Shown here: piece by piece, positions 24,120 to 36,860 of the stretch
Position numbering within the stretch: the stretch's first letter is position 1
Layout of the letters: each line of letters starts with the position of its first letter
Assembly (NCBI RefSeq): GCF_004010195.1
Contig: NC_057750.1
Coordinates: forward strand, 12,789,459 to 12,853,135
DNA length: 63,677 bases
DNA from: Chiloscyllium plagiosum
Taxonomy: Eukaryota
Direction: 5' to 3'
The notes under the pieces: generated by a model
The model's input: only the letters and a program-made list of their open reading frames with translations
Told to the model about the DNA's origin: nothing
The model's database searches: none
Made by a program: the position numbers and the translations under genes

Positions 24120-24775
24120 ACCGAGAGAGAGAGACAGACGCACAAACACACACAGGCATACAGACACATGGCCCAGACATGGATGGACACTCAGACAGGC
24201 ATATAGTTGGACAGACAAACAGTTATGCAGACAGAAGGACCCAGACATTGGTTGTAGGTAGGCGGATGCACGTATAGTCAGACAGACAGACAGCTATGCA
24301 GATAAATGGCCCAGACATGTAGGCAGACAAATGATATATATACTTAGACAGACACACACACGCACAAATACAGACACACACACACAAATACAGACATCCA
24401 TACACACACACAGACACAGATACAGACAAATGAATGTAGATGTGGTTTCATCCACTCAGTATACGTTCTGACTTCAGAAAGGTCTATGAAATACGCACAC
24501 GGGTATGACTTGTCTTGCATACCTCAAAATGGAGCTCCAATATATATATACCCAGGGTTATACACACATGCACGCACACACATACACACTGACACATTCA
24601 CACATACACACACATTTACACACACAAACACACACACACTGACACACACACACACACTGACCAAATTGTGCGCGCTCCTGCACACTTCATGAACTCACTG
24701 CCTGAACAATGATTATTCTTGTAAATTCACACACACACAAATACATTGACACACACATGCACGCATTCACCAGTG
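24120..24775. repeat. Compound (CAGA)n/(CA)n low-complexity region
   Basis: Visible microsatellite tracts at 24120-24430 and 24560-24775. Confidence 0.9.
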
Positions 24776-25611
24776 AGCCATGCATGTGCTGGGCTGGAAA
24801 GGGGACAACATATGCTTTTTGGACACATGCAGACTCAGTGCTCACAGGATCCATGAATGTTAGACATTAGTGTAAATAATTTTTAATGGAACAACTGGAT
24901 GAGACAAAACATGGAAATAATAGGCGCTTCAAACAGTGCTCGTGATTAAAGAGCCATTAAATGCTCAATATCTGCAGGGTAGCTTGTTCAAATCAGTGCT
25001 GTAATCATTGGAATACATTTTTAAATCTAAGCTAATGACCCAGCGAGCTGGTTTTAATCCCCAGAGATGCTCCAATGCAGATACAGCCAATTCCGCGTAA
25101 GTGAATACCTGAGACATGAACATTAACTGGAAATCCCAGCCCACACTCTTTCTGTTTACTTGCTGTGGTATTCCCTGCAACTTTGTTCAGTTGTGAATAG
25201 CTGCTCAGTGATTCTATTCCTGACTGCATGGCCATACTCAACAGTTCCAACTCAAGAGGGCAATTATCCAATTTCTGTCTCGGTTGCGCCCTGCTTGACT
25301 GATCCGTTAAGTGTTCTCAGTTTGTCAATGAGAAAGCAATAATTTTACATTCAAGATAATGCCCTAAAGTCATTTTATACTGTGTTCAATGCTCCTTAAT
25401 TTAACACGTTGACCGAGAAGGCCTCTACAAAAAAAGCAGTTTGCCCAATCTGAACAATTTGAATATTGAGGTTCATGAATATGGACCCCTGGAAAACACT
25501 GGAAGGGTGATGGTCAAATTTAGAAACTTAACTATGAATATAGAGGTCACCTGGTGCTCCACTAGGGCCACTTTAATCTGTTTATATTCTAAAAGAGTCG
25601 AGCTCGTTAAG

Positions 25612-25917
25612 GATGGCTCGGTGGTTAGCCCTGCCATCTCACAATGCCAGGGTACGATTCCAGCCTCGGGCGACTGTCTATGTGGAGTTTGCACGTTCTC
25701 CCTGTGTCTGCGTGGGTTTCCTCCGGCTGCTCCAGTTTCCTCCCATAGTCCAAAGATGTGCAGGTTAGGGTGGATTGACCATGCTACATTGCCCATATTG
25801 ACCAGGGATGTGCAAACCAGGTGGATCATCCGTGGGGAATACAGGGATACAGAACTGGGATGCTCTTCGAAGCAAACCTGATGGGCTGAATGGCCTCTTT
25901 CCTCACTGTAGGGATTT
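25612..25917 (+). mobile_element. HE1-type V-SINE
   Basis: gattccagcctcgggcgactgtctatgtggagtttgcac core. Confidence 0.87.
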
Positions 25918-26129
25918 TATCATAGAGTTGTACAGCATAGAAGAGTCCCTTTGGCCCATTCAGTTTGCACTGAGCCACCTACCTACAGAAAACCCACCAG
26001 GACATTGGGAACAGAGTCACCTCAGTGTTGGAGAGCCATGTGTTTGACTCCAGCCAGCTGCCTCTAAGGAGGGCTACAAAGTGTAGGGGTGCTGCCTTCC
26101 AGCTCAGAGATGACCATCAGGCCTTCATG

Positions 26130-26282
26130 GGTAATCACTAAAGATCCCACGATCTTCCACAGAATATCGGGAGATCTCCCTGATATTCTCAGCAACACTC
26201 GCCTCTTCAGCACTATTACTGGGAGCTTGCTATGCACAAACGGGCTGATGTTACCACAGCGACACCATTTCAAAGCACTTTC
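26130..26282 (+). mobile_element. DeuSINE remnant
   Basis: taaagatccca...gggagcttgctatgcacaaa-gggctg resembles the Deu domain. Confidence 0.6.
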
Positions 26283-26284
26283 TT

Positions 26285-26610
26285 TTTTATTCTTTTACGG
26301 ATGTGGGTGTTGCTGGCTGGGCCCAGCGTTTATTGCCATCCCTAGTTGCCCCTTGTGAAGCGAGTGGTGAGCTGCCTTCTTGAACCACTGCAGTCATTTT
26401 ACAGACACACTCCACGGAGCTGTTGAAGAGGGAGTCCCGGGATTTTGAGCCGGTGGTATATTCCTCAGTCAGGATGGTGAGTGGCTTGGAAGGGAACTTG
26501 AAGGGTGTAGTGTTCCCATGTAGTCTTCTCTCTTTAATTTTGTAGATGGAATTGGTCATGGGTTTGGAAGATGTTGTCTAAGGAGCTTTGCTGAGGTGCA
26601 CCTTGCTGCT
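26285..26610 (-). mobile_element. LINE-B 3' fragment
   Basis: gagctgccttcttgaaccactgcag...gtcaggatggtgagtggcttggaagggaacttg. Confidence 0.82.
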
Positions 26611-26626
26611 ACCACATTGGCATTTC

Positions 26627-26962
26627 ATAGAATTCCTCCAGTATGGAAGCAGGCTGTTCGGCCCATCACTTCCACACCGACCGTCAGGAGAGCATCCCAA
26701 ACAGACCTACCCTACCCCTGTAACCCTGCATTTCCCATGACAAATTCACCTAGCCTGCACATCCCTGCACACTCCGAGCAATTTAGCACGGCCAATCCAC
26801 CCCAACCCGCACATCTTTGGACTGTGGGAGGAAACCGGACACCCGGAGGAAACCCACACAGACACGGGGAGAATGTGCAAACTCCACACAGACAGTGGCC
26901 CGAGAGTGGACTCGAACCTGGGACCCTGGCTTTGTGAGGCAACAGTGCTAACCACTGAGGCA
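26627..26962 (-). mobile_element. HE1-type V-SINE
   Basis: catctttggactgtgggaggaaaccgga...aatgtgcaaactccacacagacag...cagtgctaaccactgag. Confidence 0.92.
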
Positions 26963-29224
26963 CCAGTCTGCCCGATGGGATGTGGCTGCGTTAATAGAAA
27001 GGAGAGGGTCATTGGCCCAACGGAATAGTCTTCATTTACTGTCTTCGCCATCCTTACCCCGTCCCTGATTGGCTACGGGCTTCCCAACCAGACTTCATTC
27101 TCGCCTCTGGACACAGACTGAGAGCAGGATCCCTGGCCACGTTCCCTCATGTTCAGAGACAGGGCTTTTCCCTGTGGGCTCCCACCTTCACCGGCACGTT
27201 CCAATGCGGTGGTGGTTGGGGGGGGTCGGGGGAGGGAAGGCAGGGGTGGTCATGGTTTGATTAAAAAGCCCGGGTGTATGACCTCACTCTCCATAGCTGA
27301 TGGGGTCTGAAAGCTGGCCAGACAGCATCTGAGCGAGGGAGAGGGAACTCAAAGGGGAGTCAGCCTCTCCCCACTAATTGTAAGGCTCAGCCTTCTTTTA
27401 TTAGAAAGGCCTTTGTAGTGGTCTGCAGCCGTACTGAGGTAAGCAGGGAGGACCCTCAGCAGTCCAGCCTATACCATTGGACCCTAACTCCCATACCATG
27501 TGGGCATTATGGTTGGCTAAACTGCAAACACTCACCGACAACCCCCTTATCCCACCCCACCTCCCACCCACAATCCCCTTTTCGGGAAAGTGGGTTGGGG
27601 GCCCAATTGGTCCCAGAAGTCTATTTTGAGCCATAATCCTGCAGACCGAGGCTCCTCAAATCTAGACGGTCACGCGATTTGATTTGATTTGAGAAATGGG
27701 GTGAGGATTTTGCCTCAAACAGCCCTCCAGGTCACAGATTCAGTCCGGTACCAGTTCTGTACACTCTTGTTTACCAATTAAAGCTTAATTTTGAAAACAA
27801 CGAGTCAACATCTGCGTCCGACTGAGAGACTGAAAGCAAAAGGAGTGGGGGTGGGGGTGGGGGGTGGGCAGGGGCCAGTGTGCCACTGGTTTCTGCTTTC
27901 TCTGTTGGCCTAAGGGGTCACTGTCAGTCAGACTCCACTAAAACTAAGCAAGACAAGTTTGATTTTTCTTATCCTTGAACTTCGAGCATGGCGCCTATCT
28001 TTCTCAGGCCTGAAATCCGAAGTCCCTCTTGATTTCCGATGGGAATTCTATAACACAAACACAGGTAGGCCGCAACCCACGGCTCTCCAGTAATTTCTGG
28101 ATGCTGGGGCCTATCCCAGACAAAAATGGTCATTACCCAATTTTCAGTAATTAGGGGCCAACAAAGTGACTAATCAAACGCAGATGATTCAAATGCTTTG
28201 GATCATTATTCACTACCTGCCAAGTACCTTTATTCAGAGTGATAAGGGGAGTCCTGAAACTGCTCACAGAGCTAAACCCAGGGAAGCTGAACGGTCCTGA
28301 CTGAGGGGAAAGTGAAATCGGCCAAAATAGTTTTCAATAAACTCCACCTGCTTCATTTTCCCTCAGCCCTCAATAATCAGGCAAATTAATTTCTGTTTAA
28401 GCCAATCGTCACACCTCGAGGTATAACCTGGACCTTCGATCCTCGAGTACCGTTGTACTACGAGACCAGCTATGGACAGCCCATTACTTTAATGTCACAT
28501 GACCCATCGCCTCCAACCTCTTAGTAGAGCCCAGTACAGTTCACTCTCAATTCTTGGCAAGCAACATATGCACAGCAAGATCCCAGAAGCAACAAACTGA
28601 GAGAATAAACCTGATACATTGTGTTGCTTATGGTGCCACTGAGCAAGGGAGTATTTTTTACCAAGGGCACCGGGTAACTTATCCACACGTAGGCATCGCT
28701 GACAAGGCCTGTTTTTGTTGCCCATCCCTAATTGCCCCTGAGCCAAGTAGCTGACTAGGGCCATTCTGAGGACTAAGAGTCAACCACATTGCTGTGGGTC
28801 TGGAGTCACATGAAGGCCAGACCAGGTAAGGATGAGGGATTTCCTTCCTTAAAGGACATTAGTGAACCAGATGGGGTTTTTACCAATAATTTTGATTAAT
28901 TTAGTCAATATTACTGATGTTGGCTTCAATTTCAGATATTGCTAATAGAATTTAAATTTCGCCATCTTGAGTGACAGGATTTGATTCCCTGTGGATTAGC
29001 TGGGGTCTGTAGGTTACTAACGAGTGACATTACCATGGCTCTGTCATCTCTCCACCAAAAAGCAAAAGTGAAACTCTCACCCTGTCTGACAGATTTAATC
29101 CAGGGATTAAACCAGGGAGTCGGGAAACCTGGAGGATCGACGGAGGAGAGGATAACTTCAAAGGAAAGACATTGCTGTTGGTCAGATGATGGTGTAATGG
29201 TAACATCATCACTCTAGTTTGATT

Positions 29225-30285
29225 TCATCTGTTTCTGGGACATGGGTGTCGCTGGCTGGGCCCAATACCCATTGCCCTGTCCCTAGTTGCCCCTTGAGAA
29301 GGTGGTAATGAGCTGCCATCTTGAACAGCTGCAGTCTGTGTGCCATTGGTTGACCCACAAGTCAACATCATCAAACACCCCTCCCACCCTCGGTGATGCT
29401 TTTTTCCAACCTCTTCCATCAGGCAAATGGAAGATTCAAGAACAGCTTCTTCCCTGCTGTTATTAAACTGCTGAATGAACTCTCTAACTTCAAATAATGT
29501 TGGTCTGGCTATGTAGTGTAGCTTTGTATGCCTTGCTTTGCCTAAGCATCCTATGGACTGGAGGTCCTTGTTTGTTATCATCTGCCTGTACTTCTCGCAA
29601 AACAAAGTTTTCACTGAGGTACATGTGACTACAATGAATCCATTCAAATCATTAAGCAGGGGATCCCAGGATTTTGACCCACCGACAGTGAAGGAACGGC
29701 GATATTTTTCCAAGTCGGGATGGTGAGTGGCTTGGAGGGGAACTTGCAGGGGCGTTCCCATGTATCTGCTGCCCTTGTGCTTTTAAATAGAAGTGGTCAT
29801 GGGTTTGGAAGATACAGGCTAGTGAGCCTTGGTGAGTTGCTGCATTGCATCTTGTAGATGGTACACCCTGCTGGAACTGAGCATTGGTCGTGGAGGGAGG
29901 GGATGTTTGTGGCTGTGGCGCCAATCAGGCGGAGGCTGCTTTGTCCTGGATGGTGTCGAGCTTCTTGAATGTTGTTGGAGCTGCCCCCATCCAGGGCAAG
30001 TGGGGAGTATTCCCTCACCCTCTTGACTTGTGCCTTGTAGATGGTGGACAGGGCTTGGGGATTTAGGATGTGAGTTATTCGCTGTGGGATTCCTAATTCT
30101 CTGACCTGCTCTTGCAGCCATCATGTTTATGTGGTGAGTGCAGTTGAGTTACTGGTCAATGGTAACCTCCAGGATGTTGATTGTGGAGGATTCAGTTTTG
30201 GGAATGTTATTGAATGTTAAGGGACAGTGGTTGGATTGTCTCTTATTGGTCATTGTCTAGTGCGAATGTTATTTGTCATTTTCCA
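29225..30285 (-). mobile_element. LINE-B 3' portion with a nested Rex1 3' fragment (29365-29652, +)
   Basis: RLIGATATNIPSLH...AGCTIYKMQCSNSPRL. The nested piece carries catcatcaaacacccctcccaccc...gattcaagaacagcttcttccc. Confidence 0.87.
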
Positions 30286-31024
30286 GATCCAGTTTAATGG
30301 TCTGAGGGTTGGTGTATGAGTTCTAAATGCCCCTTGAGAAGGTGGTGGTGAGCTGCCTTCTTGAACCACTCCAGTCCATCTGGTGCAGATAGACCCACAA
30401 CATTGTTAGGACATTGATAAACATAGATCCATAAAACTGACTCTATCTGTCACAGTACACAAACTATAGTTTACAAAATTTCCTTTATCCAGTCATAGCC
30501 AGAGCAGCTCCAGCATTGACTGTCCTTTCCCATATCCTTTACCCCACTTAAAGGATCCAACTTTTGATCCTCTTTGGCTCCCTTCATTACATGGTACCTG
30601 TCATTTATGGGCACATCATCGGTTGCTGAAGACACCTTATTCGACCTTGTCAATGTCCCCGTTACCCCCATTCCTTCCATAGCCTCAGTGCAATCACACT
30701 GCCCTACCCAATGTCACAATTACTTCCTGCCCAGCAGTCTTCAGGGCTTGAAAACAATTCTATCTCAGCTTAGGCCTCAGGCTGAGACAGACTGCATGAA
30801 CATTAAATGTGCCTTTCAATATGAAAGGCATATCCTTACCATTATCAAAATACCCCCTTTCACCTTGCCCTCCCCAGCAGAAACTCTCCTTTATGCTTTT
30901 TTGATCTCTTAGCCTTGATCGCTTTTAGTTGGCTCCTTTAGACTCTGCATATCTTACATCATACAAACTTCCAATCTTATGCTAAACCACCTTTGGCTAT
31001 AATTCATGTCCTCACTGACCCTCG

Positions 31025-31358
31025 TTTTTCTATTCACGGGATGAGGGCATCGCTGGCTGGGCCCAGCATTTATTGCCCATCCCTAATTGCCCTGTTAAGA
31101 GTCAGCCACATCACTGTGGGTCTGGAGTCACGTGTAAGCCAGACCAGGTAAGGATGGCAGTTTCCTTCCCCAAAGGACATTAGTGAACCAGATGGGTTTC
31201 TCCGGCAATCGGTTCATGGTCAACATTAGATTCTTAATTCCAGATTTTTATTGAATTCAAATTCCATCATCTGCCATGGTTGCGAACCCCGGTCCCCAGA
31301 ACATTACCCATTTCTCTGGATTAGCAGTCCAGCAATAATACCACTAAGCCATTGCCTC
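31025..31358 (-). mobile_element. tRNA-derived SINE (family 2), well-preserved full-length copy
   Basis: Complete head, core and tail. Further copies lie at ~12030, 12955, 22400, 28680, 38150, 41590, 55113, 56825 and 59345. Confidence 0.87.
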
Positions 31359-32127
31359 CTTTTGGTTCACATTTAAAAATCTCAGCCTTGTATATCAATT
31401 CTTCCATGGTCATATTCATCTCTATTTCTGCATCTTCCTCCAGTGCTCCCTTCCAAACACTCTATACTGACAGTGACGTGCAAGTAAACATCAGCCACTC
31501 CCAGCTCCAACTCTGTCAGTGGTGGCTGGTCTTTGATTCACAAATCTCATGCTCTTGAATCACCTCCCTACACCGCTGCCCCTCTCCTCCACCCTTTCCC
31601 CCTCTGAGGAAGCAACTTCCAAAACCCATGACCGCGTCCAGCCAGGAGGACAAGGGCAGCAGGTACATGAGAATACGACCCCTCGCAAGTTCCCCTCTGA
31701 GCCACTCCCCATCCCCACTTAGAAACATATCGGCCGTTCCTTCACTGGGTAAAAATCCCAGAATTCCCTCTCTCTCACTTGGACTGCAGTGGTTCAACTC
31801 ACCACCACCCTCTCAAGGGGCAATTGGGGGTGGGCATTAAAAACACTGGCTGGCCATGAAAGAATTTGTTTTTAAAAACTCTGTTTCACAAACCACCTCT
31901 TTTTCCGTGTCTTTGCAAACCTGTCTTAATACCACCACATCATCCAGTTTTTAATTTCCATGGTGGGCCCTGGATATCATTCACCACGCTCAAGAGGTGA
32001 CGTACAATTCGTTATTTTGAAGAGGAGTTATATCAGACTTGAAAGGTTAACCCTGTTTCTCTCTCCACTGATGCTGCCAGACCTGCTGAGTTTCTCCAGC
32101 AGTTTCTGTGTTTGATGTGGAACAATT

Positions 32128-32370
32128 GCCTCACAGTGCTAGGGACCTGGGTTTGATTCCATCTTCTGATGATTGTCTGTGTGGATTTTGCAAGTTCTCC
32201 TCTTGCCTGTATGGATTTCCTCCAAAGTTATGCAGGTTAGGCTGGATTGGCCTTGCTAAATTACCCATGGTGTGCAGGCTAGGTGGGTTAGCTATCGGAT
32301 ATGTGAGGTTACAGGGATGGGATGGGATGGGATGGGCTGAATGGCTTGCTTCCACACTGTCGGGATTCTA
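32128..32370 (+). mobile_element. HE1-type V-SINE (diverged)
   Basis: tgcctcacagtgctagggacctgggtttgattcc...ttccacactgtcgggattcta. Confidence 0.82.
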
Positions 32371-32400
32371 TTATTATATCCTAGGCTTTCACAACATTGG

Positions 32401-32549
32401 AGAAAGTGAGGACTGCAGATGCTGGAGATCAGAGTCGAAGAGTGTGGTGCTGGAAAAGCACAGCCGGCCAGGCAGCATCTGAGGAGCAGGAGAGTCGACA
32501 TTTCAGGCATAATCCCTTCATCTGGTGAAGGGTTTATGCCCGAAACGTC
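32401..32549. mobile_element. Family A Penelope-derived element with a short inverted end
   Basis: Flanked by the 17-bp direct repeat ggctttcacaacattgg (32384-32400, 32550-32566). Internal hairpin cgacatttcaggcataatcccttca / tgaagggtttatgcccgaaacgtcg. Confidence 0.88.
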
Positions 32550-34067
32550 GGCTTTCACAACATTGGCATTTTTCAGCCAACGAAACCTCTTTTCAAAATG
32601 CGGTCCCTGTTACAGTGTGCAAAATGTTACAGTCAGCTTGCACACCGCAAGATCCCACCAATGATGAGGTGATGGTGGGCTGATCCAAAATCTTTTCCCT
32701 CCACCTGGGACGGCAGTCGCTATTGGAGCACACATGGGGTTCCTTTGGTTTATTGCCTCCTCTGAAACACAGAGGGTCTCCGACAGCATTGTACCACCTT
32801 CCTCAACCTCTCCAGCTCCCCTCTCTTTCTTCAAGAACTAACCTTCTGACCAGGCGTTCAACCGGATACCTTAATGTCACCTCAGCTGGAGCGCTGTTTG
32901 TTTGATAATCTCTCTCACGATGATCACGCAAGCTGTCACTGCCTCAAAGGTGCTGTATGAACGCCCAGTTGTTGTTGGCTAAGAATGGGCGGCCGCACCT
33001 GATCCGAGAGGACATGGTAACAATCCCTTGAACCGGGGAAAGGGCTTTGTTGACCCCACAACCACCAACCCCTCCTGCAACCCCCACCTCCTGCTGATCG
33101 ATGAGAGAAAAAAAATCACACAAAGGAGAGATTCCATCAAGCAAACAGGCACTCACTTGGTGTCTGCAGGATTCTGGTATGCAGCTGTGAAAGAGTTAAT
33201 GTGGCAGTCGCTCAACATTTTGCTGCATTGGCTTGATTACGAGACACATAATGCCCTCTCCACTCGCTGCTAATTGCTTTGTACCCGAGGAGGCAGTCTG
33301 ACAGACTAAATACAGGAAACGCACAGCCTGAGGCCTGCAACAAAATGGCCACGGCTAGGGTTTCCCTCAGAGAGCGAGTCGAGTAAACGACAGTGCAGCC
33401 CAGGGCCGGGCCTTCTGTCCACAGAGACTGCTCCAAACTGTGACCCACGTGGCCCGAGGAGCTAATTTAGGAGAGAAATCTGAGCTGCCACCAGCGTTCT
33501 CCTGGGGCCTGGACGTGGGGGTAGTGAGGAGGGGGAGCTGAGATTATGAATTGGGTCTGCGGGAGCAAGTGAGTGAACACCAGGCCTCCCTCCATAGGAG
33601 AATCTGACAATGTGCAAGGGCAGCAGAGAAACCCCCATGAGCTGGGCTTTTGAGCTTGAGTCAAAAATATTCAGAAAGCCCCCAAGGTCAAAGGTCAAAC
33701 CATGAGCTCAGGTTCCTTATCAGTGCTGATATTGAAAGGTCCCCTGGTTTCCCCGCTTGCTCTCCTGAGGGAACTTTCGATGAAGGTTGGTGGGAGGGGG
33801 TGCACAGGAGATTTGTGGGGCAAGAAGGGTGTGGGGCTGTTGTTAAGGAGGAGGAGGGGCCAGGCAGTGGGGAGTGGCAGTGAGAGGGAGGGAACTGGTT
33901 TGAACCATAGCCGTCTCCACCGATGTCCACTGATGTCACAAGGTCCACATCCACTGTTGCCGGGCAGGGTGGTGGTTCTGATGGCCATTCCTTGACGGTA
34001 AGACTTGAGAACCTACCAACCACTCTGTAAACTTAGATAGCATTCATTTATCTCAAATATCGAAGCA

Positions 34068-34292
34068 AAAGTATTGCTCACAGCAGGTGCTGGCCTCCCT
34101 ATCACTGGAGTCAAAACAGAGGCAGATAGTGACATAATGACAATATCACTGGATTAGTAATCCAGAGACTGATGCTTTGAAAGTATTGCTCACAGCAGGT
34201 GCTGGCCTCCCTATCACTGGAGTCAAAAACAGAGGCAGATAGTGACATAATGACAATATCACTGGACTAGTAATCCAGAGACTGATGCTTTG
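34068..34292. repeat. Tandem duplication, 2 x ~112 bp
   Basis: aaagtattgctcacagcagg...gactgatgctttg occurs at 34068-34179 and 34180-34292 with about 2 differences. Confidence 0.95.
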
Positions 34293-34543
34293 GACATAGG
34301 TTCAAATCCTGCCATGAGAGCCTTGGGCCTTTGTTCAATAATTGAATTAGAAAGTTAGTCTTAGTAACGAGCAATTGTTTCATGATTGTTCTAAAGTCCT
34401 ATCTGGTATCAGTAATGCTCTTTAGAGAAGGAAACAGAGTTGTCCAGCACGGAAAGAGACACTTCAGCCCAACCAGTCCATGCCGAGCAAAATCCCAAAC
34501 TGAACTAGTCCCACCTGCCTGAACTTGGCCCATATCCCTCCAA

Positions 34544-34760
34544 GTCAAGACTGGGGTGCCGGAAAAGCACAGCAGGTCAGACAGCATCCGAGGAGCAGGA
34601 GAATCGATGTTTCGGGCAAAAACCCTTCTTCTGGAATGGCTGATGAAGGGCTCTTGCCCGAAACGTTGATACTCCTGCTCCTCGGATGCTGCCTGACCTG
34701 CTGTGCTTTTCCAGCACCACTCTCTTGACTCTGATCTCCAGCGTCTTCACTTCCTCCATA
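34544..34760. mobile_element. Fold-back family A element inserted in a CR1 3' end
   Basis: Arms of ~90 bp are reverse complements. TSD atccctccaa at 34534-34543 and 34761-34770. Confidence 0.88.
34640..34667 (+). ncRNA. Minimal hammerhead ribozyme motif (core intact, GUU triplet)
   Basis: CUGAUGA-A-GGGC-UCUU-GCCC-GAAA-C-GUU. The stem I partner is disrupted by the inversion junction. Confidence 0.7.
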
Positions 34761-34889
34761 ATCCCTCCAAACCTTTCCTATTTAAGGGGAGGCTACGAAT
34801 GTGTGAGGAAGGGTCAGTAGGATGCATTGATTGGGTGCGATCAATAATGGAGCAAGAAACCAAAGAAGTGTGGATGGTGGAAATCAGAA

Positions 34890-34990
34890 AGCGAAACAGA
34901 AATTGCTGGAAAAGCTCAGCAGTTCTGTCAGCATCTGTGGGGATAAGTCGGAGTTACTGTTTCGGGTCCAGTGACCCTTCCTCGGAACAA
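34890..34990 (-). mobile_element. Family B Penelope-derived element with degenerate hammerhead
   Basis: Reverse complement reads CCGAGGA-A-GGGUC-ACUG-GACCC-GAAAC. Confidence 0.72.
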
Positions 34991-35111
34991 GGCAGAATGG
35001 AAGAGGGGAGCTTGACTGGAGTCCATAGTTAGTTATGGATTGGCCAGGCCCGTATCTGAGCTGTACATTTTACTTCAGGCTGAGGTAATATAAGATAGTT
35101 ATAGACACAAG

Positions 35112-35422
35112 GGGGTGGCATGGTTGCTCAGTGGTTAGCACTGTTACCTTACAGCACCAGGGTCTCAGGTTCAATTCCAGCCTCGGGCAACTGTCTGTGT
35201 GGAGTTTGCACATTCTCCCCATGTCTGTGTGAATTTGCTCCGGTTTCCTCCCACACTCCAAAGATGTGCAGGTCAGGGTGAATTGGCCATGCTAAATTGC
35301 CCATAGTGCTAGGTGCATTAGTCAGAGGGAAACAGGTTGGGTGAGTTACTCTTCGGAGGGTCGGTGTGGACTGGTTGGGCCGAAGGGCCTGTTTCCACAC
35401 TGTAGGGAATCTAATCTAATCT
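35112..35422 (+). mobile_element. HE1-type V-SINE, full length
   Basis: tRNA head, core and a gggaatctaatctaatct tail. Confidence 0.93.
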
Positions 35423-35523
35423 TTAAAAAAAAATATTCAGTCAAGAGTTCAGGAGAAAGGTCTTGATCCCAAGAAGTGAATAGAATGTTACTTTTGGCCC
35501 TTCATCAAACTTGTCTGCACTGA

Positions 35524-36012
35524 TCAGATATCCGAAATTAATCTAGTCCATTTGGCAGCACCCAGCCCATATCCCTCCAAACCCTTCCTATTCATATACC
35601 CATCCAAATGCCTTTTAAATGTTGTCATTGTACCAGCCTCCACCACATCCTCTGGCAGCTCATTCCATACCCGTACCACCCTCTGTGTGAAAAAGTTGCC
35701 CCTTAGGTCCCTTTTATATCTTTCCCCTCTCACACTAAACCTATGCCCTCTAGTTCTGGACCCCTCCCCCACCCCAGGGAAAAGACTTTGTCTATTTACC
35801 CTATCGATGTCCCTCATGATTCTATAAGGTCACTCCTCAGCCTCCGACACTCCAGGGAAAACAGCCCCAGCCTGTTCAGCCTCGCCCTATAACTCAGATC
35901 CTCCAACCCAGGCAACATCCTTGTAAATCTTTTCTGAACTCTTTCAGGTTTCACAACATCCTTCCTATTGCAGGGAGAGCAGAACTGAGCACAGTATTCC
36001 AAAAGTGGCTGA
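35524..36012 (-). mobile_element. CR1 LINE 3' fragment
   Basis: LEYCAQFCSP...RVQKRFTRMLPGLEDLSYRARLNRLGLFSLECRRLR...TRGHRF...FFTQRVVRVWNELP. Confidence 0.94.
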
Positions 36013-36563
36013 ACTATTATCCTGAGAACAGTCAAGGTGAATACAGTGGATATATTTAAGCAGATGTGGGTTAAACCCATACAGGCAGGGGCTGGAAAAA
36101 CAGGTTGAGGCATTTGGAGAGAGGGTCACAAAAACCAGCTAAAACCCTCGTACTGAGTGATTTATTTCCGATCTGTATATTGGACTGAATTAAGAGTAAT
36201 GGCCTCTCCTTTACATTGGAGCCTCAAAAAATAATAGATGAATACTTGAAAAGCTAACATTTATGCAGCTATGGAAAAGTGGGGGGATGGGGAGCAAATC
36301 TTTCAGAGAGCAGGCAGAGGCATGATGGGCCGAAGTACCCAGCCTGGTGTTGTACAGTTCTGAGGACAGGCTGGCAGAACCTGAGGGTGGTGCCTTTACC
36401 CTCAAAACGCTGCTTTCACTCGGATAACACTGTCAGACGTGATGTACAAAACCTGACAGGTACTGTGCATGTTCATTGGAGGGTTGGGGAAGACGACGTT
36501 TGGAAATGGGGACAGGAGTTGAATTCTTTTCCTGTTACTCTGATCCTGGTTGCGATTGAGTTG

Positions 36564-36860
36564 TAGAATCCCTACAGTGCAGAAAAGGGCCCTTTGGCCC
36601 ATCAAATCTGCACTCACCCTCCCTCCCTCCCATGCCCAACACCTCCCCATTGCTAACCCACACATCCCTGGACACTAGATGCAGTTTAGCATGGCCAATC
36701 CACCCTAACCTGCACATCTTTGGTCTGAGGGTGGAAACCAGAGCAAACGCGTGCAGAGAACATGCAAACTCCACACAGGCATTCTGCCTGAGGGTGGAAT
36801 CGAACTCAGATTCCCCAGCACCACGAGGTAGTAGTGCTAACCACTGAGCGACCAGGCCAC
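36564..36860 (-). mobile_element. HE1-type V-SINE
   Basis: agaatccctacagtg...catggccaatccaccctaacctgcacatc...gtgctaaccactgag. Confidence 0.85.

Noticed and set aside
27843..27875. G-quadruplex-forming G-run
   Set aside because: It is a common low-complexity motif, and nothing in the sequence indicates function.
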